Shown here piece after piece: positions 28,385 to 38,600 of a stretch of DNA of 64,000 nt. The translations under genes were made by a program, and so were the position numbers. Position 1 is the first letter of the stretch. Each line of letters starts with the position of its first letter. Source of the stretch: Tenuifilaceae bacterium (GTDB lineage Bacteria; Bacteroidota; Bacteroidia; Bacteroidales; Tenuifilaceae). The stretch covers positions 2,236 through 66,235 of the forward strand of contig DAOOPM010000013.1 of NCBI GenBank assembly GCA_035388225.1. The letters are read 5' to 3'. Below the pieces are notes generated by a model, which was not told the origin of the DNA, did no database searches, and saw only the letters and a list, made by a program, of their open reading frames with translations.

Positions 28385-28807
28385 ATGAAACTGTTTGTTA
28401 AAACACTTGGAATAGTTCTTCTAGTTGGTTTGTTTGCTAGTTCAAACGCATACTCGCAAAAGATGGCAAAGGTAAAGTCGAATCCACATCATAGAACCGT
28501 TGTGGTAAAAAACAAGAACGGGAAGGTTAAAAAGGTGGTGTATCGTCCACATTGGGCACCCAATCGTACGTACTATCATCGTTGGATTTATTTTCCTCGT
28601 CATAATTTTTACTGGGACAATGTTAAGCGCGTTTATGTATACAGAAATGGTGTGAAATGGGTTGCTGTGGCAACGCTACCAGTTGCCTATGCAAAAGTAA
28701 ACCTTGAAAAGGAAAAGAGCGTTGAGTTAACCGAGGTTAATGACTCTACAGAAACAGTTTATGATAAGAATGAGCAGCATATTAAGGAGTTGAAGATTGA
28801 AGAGTAG
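28385..28807 (+). CDS. Secreted hypothetical protein (basic, aromatic-rich)
   Basis: Signal peptide ending AYS-Q; RWIYFPRHNFYWD...YVY segment. Confidence 0.75.
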   Translation: MKLFVKTLGIVLLVGLFASSNAYSQKMAKVKSNPHHRTVVVKNKNGKVKKVVYRPHWAPNRTYYHRWIYFPRHNFYWDNVKRVYVYRNGVKWVAVATLPVAYAKVNLEKEKSVELTEVNDSTETVYDKNEQHIKELKIEE

Positions 28808-28818
28808 TTTACGGTTTG

Positions 28819-28860
28819 AAAAGGAAAAGGGATATCAAAAACGATATCCCTTTTCCTTTT
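28819..28860. terminator. Bidirectional terminator with perfect 18-bp arms
   Basis: AAAAGGAAAAGGGATATC-N6-GATATCCCTTTTCCTTTT between convergent genes. Confidence 0.85.
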
Positions 28861-30547
28861 ATTCTACTTTGAACTTTATTCCTTCCTCTTTTTTGTTCCC
28901 CAATTTATCAACTACGCTTATATTTAATGTGTAGGTTTTCCCCGATGTTAGTTTTTCAATTGGATTCCTGTATGCAATTGGTTTGCCGTCATCAATATTG
29001 TAATTAATGGTAACCTCACCCGAAAGATTGTCGGTAGCAGCAAGGAATATTTTAACATCCGATGAATAAACATCAATATTTTCATTGTTTTCAGTTACTT
29101 GCTTGTGTGGTTTAACGCTGAAATGGTAAAATATTTCGGGAGCAACATTGTCGACTCCAACCTCAAACGAAAGGAAGTTTAAGTTATCAACATTATCGAA
29201 ACCAGTACATTTAATAAGGAAATGTCCGCTTTGCTCAATTGTGAAAGGAGCAGAGTATTCTGTTTCTGCCGATTTATTTATGTTGTAAACAACCCTGCTA
29301 ACTCCGGCCTCGTTGTCTTTTGCATTGATATGGATTTTTGTTGATGGGCCAATCCACATTGTGTCTCTTTGTAGAAGCTTGGGTCCATCGAGCTTGTAGG
29401 TTAATGTGGGCCCTGTAATATCGATGGTTGGCATACTGAACGATTCGGTGCTAGCGCCCGATTGGCTGCGGTTGTTTACATTGTCAACGGCGTACGATTT
29501 AACGTTCATTGTTCCCATTATATCCGAAAGCAACACAGGTTTCTCGTATTTAATGAATTCGCCGTTGTTAAGCGAGTAGAAAATTTCCTTAACGCCTGCT
29601 TTGTTGTCAACAGCGGCAATTTTTAGTTGACTTCTGCCCGACGAAAATTCCCTATTGCCAACCATGTAAGAGTTTCCTACAATCTCCTCAAAAACCATAG
29701 GCGGGGTTTTGTCCACAAAGAATGTATACGTTTGCTCACTCTCAATATTCCCAACCTTATCGGTTGCAAACCACGTTAGTGTGTGCTCGCCTTCGGTTAT
29801 TCTTGCAGTTTGAATAGGTTTTTGGTAAACGGCAAATTCCGAAGAGTCAATTCTGTACTTGATGTTGTTTACACCAAACGAATCAACTGCAGTTAGGCTA
29901 AGGATTGCTCTTCCCGAAAGAGTGTTTTCGTGTTTATCGCCCTCAATCGATAGGGTTGAGGTGGGAGGGGTGCTATCTACAATAAATCTTCGTATAACTT
30001 CGTCCTCCTTGTTTCCTAGATTGTCGACTGAGTAAACTTTGATTTCGTACATTCCTTCCCTATCGAAGACAATCGGTTGGGTGTACTCCTTGTAAGGCTC
30101 GCCATTAACGGAGATGAAAGTTTTGTTCAAACCTGCATCGGCATCAGTTGCAGTAATTTCAACAATGCTTCCGCCCGATAGGTAAAGTATATCTTTTGAT
30201 TCTTTTTGGGTCGATTTATTGAACATCAATTTTGACTGAGGAGGAACGCCATCGGCAAATAACTCGAATTTAATTTTACGTCCAATATAAAGGTCGAGGT
30301 GAGTCATTTGTATTGGGCCGTGTCCATTCCAGTAGAGTGGGTCTCCTTTTTTGTCGATACCAATCAGTTTAACCGCATTAGTGCCGTCAGGTGTTGTTCC
30401 AACATAAATGTTTACTGGAGCGCTTGGCGATACAAAAAGGCGATTTGTTGAATCAACATAAATTGTTTTGGTCTCCTGCTGACTAAAAACAGTTGTTGTC
30501 AGCAAGGTTAAAGCGCATATAAATGAGTATCTATATAATTTCAGCAT
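28859..30547 (-). CDS. Secreted protein with tandem OmpL47-like Ig-fold repeats
   Basis: Signal peptide and about 5 repeats of the pattern DxxPP...ITAxDxxxGVxxIxYxIxxxxxxxYxxP...YxVDNxGN. Confidence 0.75.
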   Translation of the reverse strand: MLKLYRYSFICALTLLTTTVFSQQETKTIYVDSTNRLFVSPSAPVNIYVGTTPDGTNAVKLIGIDKKGDPLYWNGHGPIQMTHLDLYIGRKIKFELFADGVPPQSKLMFNKSTQKESKDILYLSGGSIVEITATDADAGLNKTFISVNGEPYKEYTQPIVFDREGMYEIKVYSVDNLGNKEDEVIRRFIVDSTPPTSTLSIEGDKHENTLSGRAILSLTAVDSFGVNNIKYRIDSSEFAVYQKPIQTARITEGEHTLTWFATDKVGNIESEQTYTFFVDKTPPMVFEEIVGNSYMVGNREFSSGRSQLKIAAVDNKAGVKEIFYSLNNGEFIKYEKPVLLSDIMGTMNVKSYAVDNVNNRSQSGASTESFSMPTIDITGPTLTYKLDGPKLLQRDTMWIGPSTKIHINAKDNEAGVSRVVYNINKSAETEYSAPFTIEQSGHFLIKCTGFDNVDNLNFLSFEVGVDNVAPEIFYHFSVKPHKQVTENNENIDVYSSDVKIFLAATDNLSGEVTINYNIDDGKPIAYRNPIEKLTSGKTYTLNISVVDKLGNKKEEGIKFKVE

Positions 30548-30558
30548 AATCAATTCAA

Positions 30559-31488
30559 CTATTTTGGCAACGAAAACTTAAACTCAACCCTACGGTTTTG
30601 TTTGTGCTTGGAATCAGGACAAGGAACACCTTTTACGCAATCGTTTAGGATGTTTGAATCGCCCAATCCTTTAACTTTCAACCTTCGAGCCTCAATTCCT
30701 TTTGATGTTAGGTAGTTGGCAACGGATTGTGCTCTACGTTCCGATAGTACTTTGTTCGATTCTGACGAGCCACGGGCATCGGCATATGCTCTAATCTCAA
30801 GAATCAGCTCGGGGAATTCTCGCATCAACTGGAGCATTTCCGCTAAGTTATCCAACGATTCGTTATGTATGCGTGCGCTACCTGTTTCAAAGTAGATATT
30901 GTCAATTTTAAAAATTGCTTCGGGCGAAACAATAACCTTGAATGTTGCTGTATCGCCAATATTTCCTACATTATCAATGGCGTAAACCTTAAGTTCCGAC
31001 TCACCCTCCTTGTTGAACGATATAGCTTCAGAGTAAAGGTTGAATTGTAAACCATCTGCCGAATAGTAAAGTTGCTTTAGTCCAGAATAATCGTCTTTTG
31101 CATCGATAGATATTTTAGAGTCAACATCAACATAAAACCGATTCTCTTTCCCGAAAAGTAATCCTTTTTCAACCTTTACCTTTGGTTTTGGTCCCTTTGC
31201 ATCGGCTAAAATAAGATAGCGTATCCTTTCTCCTTTGTTTGCATAAACAAAATAGTGCTTACCAGGGCCATCAAAGTACATAGGGTTAGCTAAACTGTCG
31301 CTACTAGGGATTAATACCTTGTTTTTGGGTTCATTGTTGGTCGATACGAAAAAGTATATTGGGGCATCTGCCTTAACATATATTTGGCCATTTGTGTCAA
31401 TGTATATATTCGAATTTGCTTCCTGAGCAAATAGGCTGTGGCTGGTTGTTGCAATAAGAATAAAAAGACAAAACCTGTAAAAACTCAT
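30559..31488 (-). CDS. OmpA-family peptidoglycan-binding protein with an N-terminal Ig-like domain
   Basis: C-terminal NIYFETGSA, AYADARGS, NKVLSERRAQSV and NRRVEF; a middle domain like the repeats of the downstream gene. Confidence 0.9.
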   Translation of the reverse strand: MSFYRFCLFILIATTSHSLFAQEANSNIYIDTNGQIYVKADAPIYFFVSTNNEPKNKVLIPSSDSLANPMYFDGPGKHYFVYANKGERIRYLILADAKGPKPKVKVEKGLLFGKENRFYVDVDSKISIDAKDDYSGLKQLYYSADGLQFNLYSEAISFNKEGESELKVYAIDNVGNIGDTATFKVIVSPEAIFKIDNIYFETGSARIHNESLDNLAEMLQLMREFPELILEIRAYADARGSSESNKVLSERRAQSVANYLTSKGIEARRLKVKGLGDSNILNDCVKGVPCPDSKHKQNRRVEFKFSLPK

Positions 31489-31564
31489 AAATTTTCTGAT
31501 TTTAAATAGCAAAAATAACAAAACAAACTATTCGTAACTATTTGTGCTTAAATATTATTTGGTT

Positions 31565-33472
31565 TTAAATTTGAATTGGCTTGCCGCTTAGCCTAAATCC
31601 TACAATTAGGACATCATCTATCGGCTGATATTCTTCACCTCGCCACTCTTCAAGTGTAGTTTCAAGTATTTCTTGTTGCTGAAGCATTGGCAAATCGTGA
31701 ATCTTAAACAGCAACTCCTTGAAACGCTTCGATGAGAACTTTTGTCCGTCAGCCCCTCCAAACTGGTCGATAAAACCATCGGAGAAAATATAGAAACTTG
31801 TTGGTGAGTCAATATTGATGGTGTGTAAAGTGAACTCGCGTTTTTCTTCCTTTTGTAAACCGCCAATTGGAACTGGGTCGCCTTTGATTTGGAACAATTC
31901 ACCGTTTGCTATATAGTAAAGTGGGTTTTTTGCCCCAGCAAACTCAATTGTTTGTCCGTTGTTTGTGATGTTGCAAAGGGCCATATCCATTCCATCACGG
32001 CTGTCATTGTTCTCCTGTTTTAGTAAGTAGCGTACATAGCGGTGCATTTCGTTGAGCATTTCGTTAGGAGATGTTATTCCGCTACGAGCTAAAGTGTCGA
32101 GTAGGTTTAATCCAATCATACTCATAAAAGCTCCAGGCACTCCGTGACCTGTGCAGTCAACCGCCGCAATCAGAAACCCGCTTTCGTTCTCTAGTTTGTT
32201 GGGGAGTTGTATAAAGTGACGGTTCGATGATGTTTTTATAGATTTACTTCCAGTGTAGCCCGAGAACCAGTAAAAATCGCCACTAACAATTTCTCTGGGA
32301 TGAAACAGAATAAAGGCATCGTTTATTGTAGGTATCAACATATCGTAGGTTGGCAGTAGTGCCTCCTGAATTCTTTGTGCGTAGTTGATACTACTTGTAA
32401 TATCCCTGTTTTGCTTTTCAATTTGTTGCATGGCAACTAAAAGCTCATTGCTTTTGGCCTCAATCAAATCGCGTTGAGCTGCAATTTCTCGGTTTTGTTT
32501 TTCGAGTTTTTCGTTCGATTTCTTTTTTTGCAGGTAATACCGCGTAATCATAACGGCAATACCTAAAACAGCAAGAATTATGACAATAAATATGTTGCGT
32601 ACAAGTCTTTGATTCTTTATGGTGACTTCCTGCAGTTGTTTTTCTTTGTTTAGGAGGTTTATCTCCATTTGCTGCTCTTGGCTTATTTGTTCAACCTTTG
32701 CAAGGCTGTCCGATACAGTTTCTAATGCTTGTTGTTTAGCCTGCAACTCTTGCTCTGTAAGTTCTTTTTGATTTTTTATTTCGGAGAGTTCGTTTTGGGC
32801 TTGGTTTACCAATTCTTTTGCTTGTGCCTCTTTTTTCTGAACCTCGTCGCGCTGTATTTTTCTGCTGAATGCCGTGTATAGTGAGAAATATTCGGCAGAT
32901 TTATTGGAATCGCCCAACGCATCGTATATTTCCGATAGTAATGAGTATGTGTTTCGGAGAAGTTTTGGGTCATTAATCTCCTTGGCAATGGTGTTGGCTT
33001 CCTCTGCAGGTTTTAATGCTTGCTTAGGTTGTTCAGAGTCATTATAGGCGTTAGCAATGTTAATTAGAGTTGATGCTATTTCGGGCTTACGGTTCTGTTG
33101 TCGGTTAATGACTAAACATTTTTCGAAATATGATATTGCATCGGAGTAGTTTTCCTGGTCAACATCAATCATTCCGATGTTTGTGTAGAGAATTTTTAGT
33201 GCATTATTGTTGCCAATGCTTTGGCTAAGGTTTATTGCTTTTTGGAAAAGTGTTTTGGCTTCGGTTGTGTTTCCTGCAACCCAGTATGTTGTAGCTGTTT
33301 TTGTGTAAATTGATATGGCTAAGTTGAAATCGCCTGAGGCCTCCAACTCCTTGGCTTGGTTGATGTTGTCTTGAACTTCCTTTTGTTGTGTGGACGATAA
33401 GGATTTTGTTTGGGCTATACCCAAAAAGCATAATGAAATAAAGTATACGGAAAGTAAAAGTCGTTTAATCAT
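31565..33472 (-). CDS. Periplasmic TPR - TM - coiled coil - SpoIIE/PP2C phosphatase
   Basis: Signal peptide, TPR-like helices and a TM (IFIVIILAVLGIAVMI). PPM motifs VSGDFY, DCTGHGVPGA, DGMD, SDGFIDQFGG and DDV. Confidence 0.9.
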   Translation of the reverse strand: MIKRLLLSVYFISLCFLGIAQTKSLSSTQQKEVQDNINQAKELEASGDFNLAISIYTKTATTYWVAGNTTEAKTLFQKAINLSQSIGNNNALKILYTNIGMIDVDQENYSDAISYFEKCLVINRQQNRKPEIASTLINIANAYNDSEQPKQALKPAEEANTIAKEINDPKLLRNTYSLLSEIYDALGDSNKSAEYFSLYTAFSRKIQRDEVQKKEAQAKELVNQAQNELSEIKNQKELTEQELQAKQQALETVSDSLAKVEQISQEQQMEINLLNKEKQLQEVTIKNQRLVRNIFIVIILAVLGIAVMITRYYLQKKKSNEKLEKQNREIAAQRDLIEAKSNELLVAMQQIEKQNRDITSSINYAQRIQEALLPTYDMLIPTINDAFILFHPREIVSGDFYWFSGYTGSKSIKTSSNRHFIQLPNKLENESGFLIAAVDCTGHGVPGAFMSMIGLNLLDTLARSGITSPNEMLNEMHRYVRYLLKQENNDSRDGMDMALCNITNNGQTIEFAGAKNPLYYIANGELFQIKGDPVPIGGLQKEEKREFTLHTINIDSPTSFYIFSDGFIDQFGGADGQKFSSKRFKELLFKIHDLPMLQQQEILETTLEEWRGEEYQPIDDVLIVGFRLSGKPIQI

Positions 33473-33483
33473 ACCTTAAGGAA

Positions 33484-33861
33484 TTATTGCTCTGCAATAA
33501 AATTAACTTTTAACGATGTCATATGCGCAAACTCAACACCCTCATCAATCATATCTTGGTCTTCGTCACGGTGGTACCAGTTAAGTTCAATTTGGTAGCC
33601 TTCCTTGGCAATCTTCTCGATATGGCTAATAAGGTCGAGCAGTTTTTTTGATGATGATGAATTCAGGTATTCAAGCCTAAGGTCAATTCTGGTTAGAGGT
33701 TGAGGTGCTTTAACATACTCTACAATGTATCGTTCTAATGGCCGGTAGAACTCGATGGCATCTTCGGGTAACGATTTTCCTCTAATTTCGAAATAGCCCT
33801 TGCTGCCATCAGCTGTAATTTGCGGAGAATCAATGCGTCCTTCAATATGTAATGCTTCCAT
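33484..33861 (-). CDS. SiaC-family (DUF1987) regulatory phosphoprotein
   Basis: GKSLPEDAIEFY, LEYLNSSSSKKLLD and LNWYHRDED..MIDEG match the SiaC pattern. Confidence 0.88.
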   Translation of the reverse strand: MEALHIEGRIDSPQITADGSKGYFEIRGKSLPEDAIEFYRPLERYIVEYVKAPQPLTRIDLRLEYLNSSSSKKLLDLISHIEKIAKEGYQIELNWYHRDEDQDMIDEGVEFAHMTSLKVNFIAEQ

Positions 33862-34019
33862 TTTGCTTAGAGTTTATAATGGTTTAACGTGTAAGGTTTG
33901 TTTATGTTCCACCCAAATTAGTGCAAATTTCAACTTGAGGCAAAAAATATGGCTAATAATATATAAAAAAGACCTATAGCATTAACTAGTAGGTCTTTAT
34001 TGATAAACTTTAAAGATGC

Positions 34020-34427
34020 TTATTTCCAAGCGCCAAGAATTATCCCCATTACAGTGAACGATACAACCATATAGCCCCCATTTATCAAAATATACTTTAG
34101 GGAGCGATTCTCGAACAGCGAAATTATGGCTAACCCTAGCGCTACCCAGCCAAAGCCTGCAAGGAATCCGGCAATTGTGCCAAATGTCACATCGCCATCG
34201 CCAATAAAAAGTGCAAGGTTTAGTGCCATTACAAAGGCAAGTACAAATGATAATCCAAAAACAAGGACAATGTTTCGTTTGTGCAGGTCATCTTTGGTAA
34301 AATTATTCGCTTCCATCCATCCTTTCTCAAATATAGCATACCAGATTCCACCTATCAGGAATGTGGATAACGCTGCTACTAGAACTGCTAACCAGTTTAG
34401 GTTTTGCAATGCTGTACTTATATCCAT
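34020..34427 (-). CDS. DUF1761-family membrane protein
   Basis: NWLAVLVAAL..FLIGGIWY..F.K.W and INGGY motifs, four TMs. Confidence 0.85.
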   Translation of the reverse strand: MDISTALQNLNWLAVLVAALSTFLIGGIWYAIFEKGWMEANNFTKDDLHKRNIVLVFGLSFVLAFVMALNLALFIGDGDVTFGTIAGFLAGFGWVALGLAIISLFENRSLKYILINGGYMVVSFTVMGIILGAWK

Positions 34428-34489
34428 ACGCAAAAGTTTTGATTATGAATTATAAAACAATTAGGTTGGTATTAAGTTTAGACATTTGT

Positions 34490-35047
34490 TTAAAACAGTT
34501 TTTGTTCAAGTTCGCTGAGTTTAATTAGTTTTTCGGTTCGGGTTTCCTTTGTCTTATCTTGCTTTGCGGAAAGTATCCAGTGGTATATTGTTCGTTTGTA
34601 AGAATCGGATTGTGCGTTGAAGAACTGCCATGCAAGTTTATTCTCTTTTATTTTGTTTTCTAAATGATTTGGTAGATTCTTGGGTTTATTCTCATAGCTG
34701 TACTCGTTGTCTGATTTAATTTTGCGGTTGTTATACAGTTCAAGCCCTTTGGGTTGCATTAAACCCTTCGAAATAAGTTCTTCCGCTTTCTTAAGATTTA
34801 CTTCGCTCCAGTTGCTCTTGGGATTACGGGGTGTAAATCTTATACAGTAGGATTCCTCATTAATGGATTTTCTTACACCATCAATCCATCCGAAACATAT
34901 GGCTTGGTCAACCGATTCCGACCATGTTAGGCTTGGTTTGCCAGTGTTTACCTTATAGTATCCAACATATAGTTCTTTCTCGGAGAGATGTTTTTTTGAT
35001 AGCCATTCTCTGAATTCTGCTCCGTTTTTAAAAAATACAGGTTTCAT
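34490..35047 (-). CDS. YdeI/OmpD-associated family protein
   Basis: FREWLSKKH, TWSESVDQAICFGWIDG, RFTPRNPKSNWS and WILSAKQDKT. Confidence 0.9.
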   Translation of the reverse strand: MKPVFFKNGAEFREWLSKKHLSEKELYVGYYKVNTGKPSLTWSESVDQAICFGWIDGVRKSINEESYCIRFTPRNPKSNWSEVNLKKAEELISKGLMQPKGLELYNNRKIKSDNEYSYENKPKNLPNHLENKIKENKLAWQFFNAQSDSYKRTIYHWILSAKQDKTKETRTEKLIKLSELEQKLF

Positions 35048-35198
35048 TTAGATGTCAATTGTCAGGACAAGTTATAAATATTCAATAAAACTTGCGTGTA
35101 TTTTGTAACTAAACTAATCATAATCCGTTTATTTTTCCTGTGTTTGTATAGTTTGGGAATAAAATTGTAACTTTACTGAAAGGCATATCAGCACTAAA

Positions 35199-35954
35199 AT
35201 GCAAAGCAACAATAGTTTAGAATTTAAAACGGTTTGGCACGATAAAGTTTCCTCCACCAACGATATTTGCATGGATTTTGCCCGTAGTGGTAGTGATGAG
35301 GGAATTGTTGTTGCCGCAAAATATCAGGAACAGGGTAGGGGACAGCGGGGCAATACTTGGGAGAGCGAGCAGGGGTTGAATTTGACTTTTAGCATTCTCC
35401 TCCGACCTGATTTCTTAAGGGTAGATGAACAATTTCTTATATCGAAAATTGCTGCAATATCGGTTTGTGATTGGATTGGTGCGTATTTAGGTGATAAGAA
35501 TGTTGCAATAAAATGGCCCAACGATATTTACATTGAGAACAATAAGGTTGCTGGGATACTTATTGAGAATAGTTTTAGTTCATCAAAGCTCGATATTTCC
35601 GTTGTGGGAATTGGCATCAACTTAAATCAAAAGGAGTTCTCGGCCGATTTGCCCAATCCAACTTCCATGTCCATTGAAACAAGCAGAGTTTTTGATTTAA
35701 GCAATGCGTTACAAGAGTTTCTGAGTTGTTTCAACGAGCGTTACAGGCAGGCAAAGAGCGGTGAGTTGGCTTTAATCGATTCGGAGTATTTGAACAAGTT
35801 ATACAGGAAAGATATTTACTGCACCTACCGCGCAAGTAACGATGAGTTCAAGGCAAAAATTGTTGGGGTGAAACCAACAGGCGAACTAATGCTCCAAACC
35901 GAAAAAGGTGGGGAGCGTTCATTTGCTTTTAAGGAGGTTGTTTTTGTGATTTAA
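35199..35954 (+). CDS. birA: Biotin--[acetyl-CoA-carboxylase] ligase (no N-terminal HTH)
   Basis: SSTND, QEQGRGQRGNTW, KWPNDI, KVAGILIEN and GIGINLN. Confidence 0.93.
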   Translation: MQSNNSLEFKTVWHDKVSSTNDICMDFARSGSDEGIVVAAKYQEQGRGQRGNTWESEQGLNLTFSILLRPDFLRVDEQFLISKIAAISVCDWIGAYLGDKNVAIKWPNDIYIENNKVAGILIENSFSSSKLDISVVGIGINLNQKEFSADLPNPTSMSIETSRVFDLSNALQEFLSCFNERYRQAKSGELALIDSEYLNKLYRKDIYCTYRASNDEFKAKIVGVKPTGELMLQTEKGGERSFAFKEVVFVI

Positions 35955-36358
35955 ATTGCATTGAATGCTTTTGCAATACCCTCGGCAAGAGCATTAACAC
36001 CCTCTTCTAGTTTTTTGCCAAGCATCATTTTCATCATCATGTTGAGCTCAGCCTTAATGGTAATTTTCATTCGGGTGTCGTAGGCGGCAGCCTCTTTTAG
36101 TTGTACCCAGAGGAAAAATTGCAAAGGAACACGTTCGTCGCCAGTAAGTTTTATGGTGGTGAACTCTTCTTTCTCAACAAGTTTTAGTCCCATTGGCCCC
36201 ATTCCCTGATAGCTAAAGCTACAGCTAGTTTCATCGGCTTGCCAATTATCTACCTTACCCTCCACAAGTGGAGTGAAATTCCTGAAATCCGATAGTATTT
36301 TGTAAATATCCTCTGCACGCTTGCTAATTGCTACAACTTTGCTTTCGTAGGTTTCCAT
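35951..36358 (-). CDS. SRPBCC/START-like small protein
   Basis: 135 aa with the pattern ESKVV...IYKILSDFRNF...LNMMMKMML and a C-terminal helix. Confidence 0.7.
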   Translation of the reverse strand: METYESKVVAISKRAEDIYKILSDFRNFTPLVEGKVDNWQADETSCSFSYQGMGPMGLKLVEKEEFTTIKLTGDERVPLQFFLWVQLKEAAAYDTRMKITIKAELNMMMKMMLGKKLEEGVNALAEGIAKAFNAI

Positions 36359-36518
36359 CTTGTTCTTTTTTGAGAACGCAAAGAAAATAAAATGAATTGT
36401 TTTGTCAAAATGGATATATCGGATTGCTGTGATTGCTTTTCGTAATCAGTCTTTTTTTTAGATATCATTGTCAAATTATCAAATTGAGAAATTATATTTG
36501 GCTTTCAAAACAGATTGT

Positions 36519-37505
36519 ATGCTAAAAGTTCTTCATCAACGCGGTCATAATCCTTACTTCAATATAGCAACCGAGGAGTATTTGCTTAAGAATAAAGCGG
36601 ATGATTTCTTCATAATCTACCGAAACAATCCTTCGGTGATTGTGGGAAAACATCAGAATACCAATGCGGAGATAAATCATCAGTTTGTGGAAACTTATGG
36701 TATTCCTGTTGTTCGGCGATTGTCGGGTGGTGGAACGGTATACCACGATTTGGGTAATATCAATTTTTGCTTTATAATGAATGGGGCAGAGGGACAGTTG
36801 GTGGATTTTAAGCGTTATACCGAGCCAATTATTGATATTCTTCAGGGATTTGGGGTTGATGCATTCTTGGGCGGCAAGAACGATATTCGAGTGGGTGATA
36901 AGAAAATATCGGGTAATGCTGAACATGTTTACCGCAAAAGAGTTTTACACCATGGCACACTACTTTTTCAATCGGACTTGGATAGGCTGAACGAGGCTAT
37001 TCGGGTCGATTTGTCGAAGTACCACGATAATGCTGTAAAGTCAATTCGAAGCACTGTGGCAAATATTTCCGATTTCCTTCCATCGCCAATGGATGTTGCT
37101 TTTTTTGAGGAGATTCTTATTGGCTTTATGCTAAGTTACTTTCAGGAATCAGAGGAATACTCCCTAACTAATGAGGATATCGATGCTATAGGTACATTAA
37201 TTGATTCAAAGTATTCGACTTGGGAATGGAATTATGGCTATTCCCCTGTTTATGAGGTGATAAAAAATATTGAAACATCAGCAGGAGAGTTAACTATAAA
37301 AGTAAATGTAGTTAAGGGCTATGTTGATGATTTGAGTTTTAGCGGGGTCGATATTTCAAATGAGATTGTCGAGCGCTTAAGACTTCTACTTGTTGGTAAG
37401 ATACATTCTGCCAAAGATATTGCTATTGCAATTGCCGATAACAAAATAGGCGACTTCTTTCAAAATCGCCTATCCGTTAAATTAACTCATGAATATTTCT
37501 GTTAG
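36519..37505 (+). CDS. lplA: Lipoate-protein ligase A family
   Basis: NIATEEY, RRLSGGGTVYHD, KNDI, KKISGNA, HHGTLL and WEWNYG. Confidence 0.92.
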   Translation: MLKVLHQRGHNPYFNIATEEYLLKNKADDFFIIYRNNPSVIVGKHQNTNAEINHQFVETYGIPVVRRLSGGGTVYHDLGNINFCFIMNGAEGQLVDFKRYTEPIIDILQGFGVDAFLGGKNDIRVGDKKISGNAEHVYRKRVLHHGTLLFQSDLDRLNEAIRVDLSKYHDNAVKSIRSTVANISDFLPSPMDVAFFEEILIGFMLSYFQESEEYSLTNEDIDAIGTLIDSKYSTWEWNYGYSPVYEVIKNIETSAGELTIKVNVVKGYVDDLSFSGVDISNEIVERLRLLLVGKIHSAKDIAIAIADNKIGDFFQNRLSVKLTHEYFC

Positions 37506-37506
37506 A

Positions 37507-38073
37507 CTATTTTTTTTGACCTTCCTTAGGAGGATCAACTCCGTATGCAATTCCCTCGTAGTAGTGAGTTGGAACTTCTTTGTAGCCACCTCTGGTCTCA
37601 TTTTTAGTTATAAGAACATATATTGCCCCTAGAGCCGCTGCTCTACGTTGCAATCTAATTCGGGCATTTTTTTCTGCGGCTTTTGCTGTTTTGCTACTTG
37701 TTCCAGATTTCGCTTTAATCTCCCCGTATGCGTATAAACCATCAACATCAGATGGATTTTCTGTAACAATAACTGATTGGAAATTGGCTTCATCTAGGGC
37801 TTGGTAAGCCATGCTGTTAAAGGCTTCAACTCTGCCATTGCTATAAAGAATTTTGTGGATTTGTTTGCGTGTAACATCTTCAACCTTTTTAGTGTCTGCT
37901 TTGTAAAAGGTTATTTTGGAAGAACCCACACTTTGCACTTTTCCAACAATTTTTTTGTTGCTAACAAGAATGATTGTATCCATCATCATGCCATCATCTT
38001 GTGCATAGCCTATCGAGGTAAAACCAAAAAAAATGAGTATTACAATAAGTTTTTTCATAAATTTTTGTTTCAT
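37507..38073 (-). CDS. Secreted hypothetical protein
   Basis: Signal peptide ending GYA-Q; no family recognised. Confidence 0.75.
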   Translation of the reverse strand: MKQKFMKKLIVILIFFGFTSIGYAQDDGMMMDTIILVSNKKIVGKVQSVGSSKITFYKADTKKVEDVTRKQIHKILYSNGRVEAFNSMAYQALDEANFQSVIVTENPSDVDGLYAYGEIKAKSGTSSKTAKAAEKNARIRLQRRAAALGAIYVLITKNETRGGYKEVPTHYYEGIAYGVDPPKEGQKK

Positions 38074-38198
38074 AAAACTTTGCAAAGTTAATGCCATTTA
38101 TTTAATAATCTGATAATCCATTAATAAAATTGATATAACAACTTACGTGAAAAAGTTAGGAAAAGTTATATGTGGACTTTTGTTTTATCTAAGCATAG

Positions 38199-38534
38199 CT
38201 AGTTTCCTCTTGCAACAAAGAAAAAGGATAAGGATATTAATAGTAGTTGCTTAAATGTAGATGTTGCGATTAAATCGGGAAGCGGAATTGCGAGCCTGTA
38301 AACAAGAATAAGCCCGATGAGCAATGCCGAAAGTACTGTGATTGTTTGTTTAGAGAGGAAGCCTCCAATGATAAGTAGTACAGATAGCACAAGCATTGTT
38401 AGCGATAGGTAGAAGTGCAAACTTTCTGGGTTAATTGGGTTTACGCCCTTAATGTTGTTAATAAAGATATATGCCGCAAACGTTATGCGTAAAAGCCATG
38501 TTGCGAATGGTAGTGCAGATTTAAATGGTTTCAT
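38199..38534 (-). CDS. Small membrane protein (DoxX-like)
   Basis: 111 aa, mostly hydrophobic, with an N-terminal WLLRI motif. Confidence 0.65.
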   Translation of the reverse strand: MKPFKSALPFATWLLRITFAAYIFINNIKGVNPINPESLHFYLSLTMLVLSVLLIIGGFLSKQTITVLSALLIGLILVYRLAIPLPDLIATSTFKQLLLISLSFFFVARGN

Positions 38535-38600
38535 GTTTTGTGTGTTTAGAAGTTAAACGTACTTTTGCGAAGTCTTATTTTATCAAAGATATTAAACACT

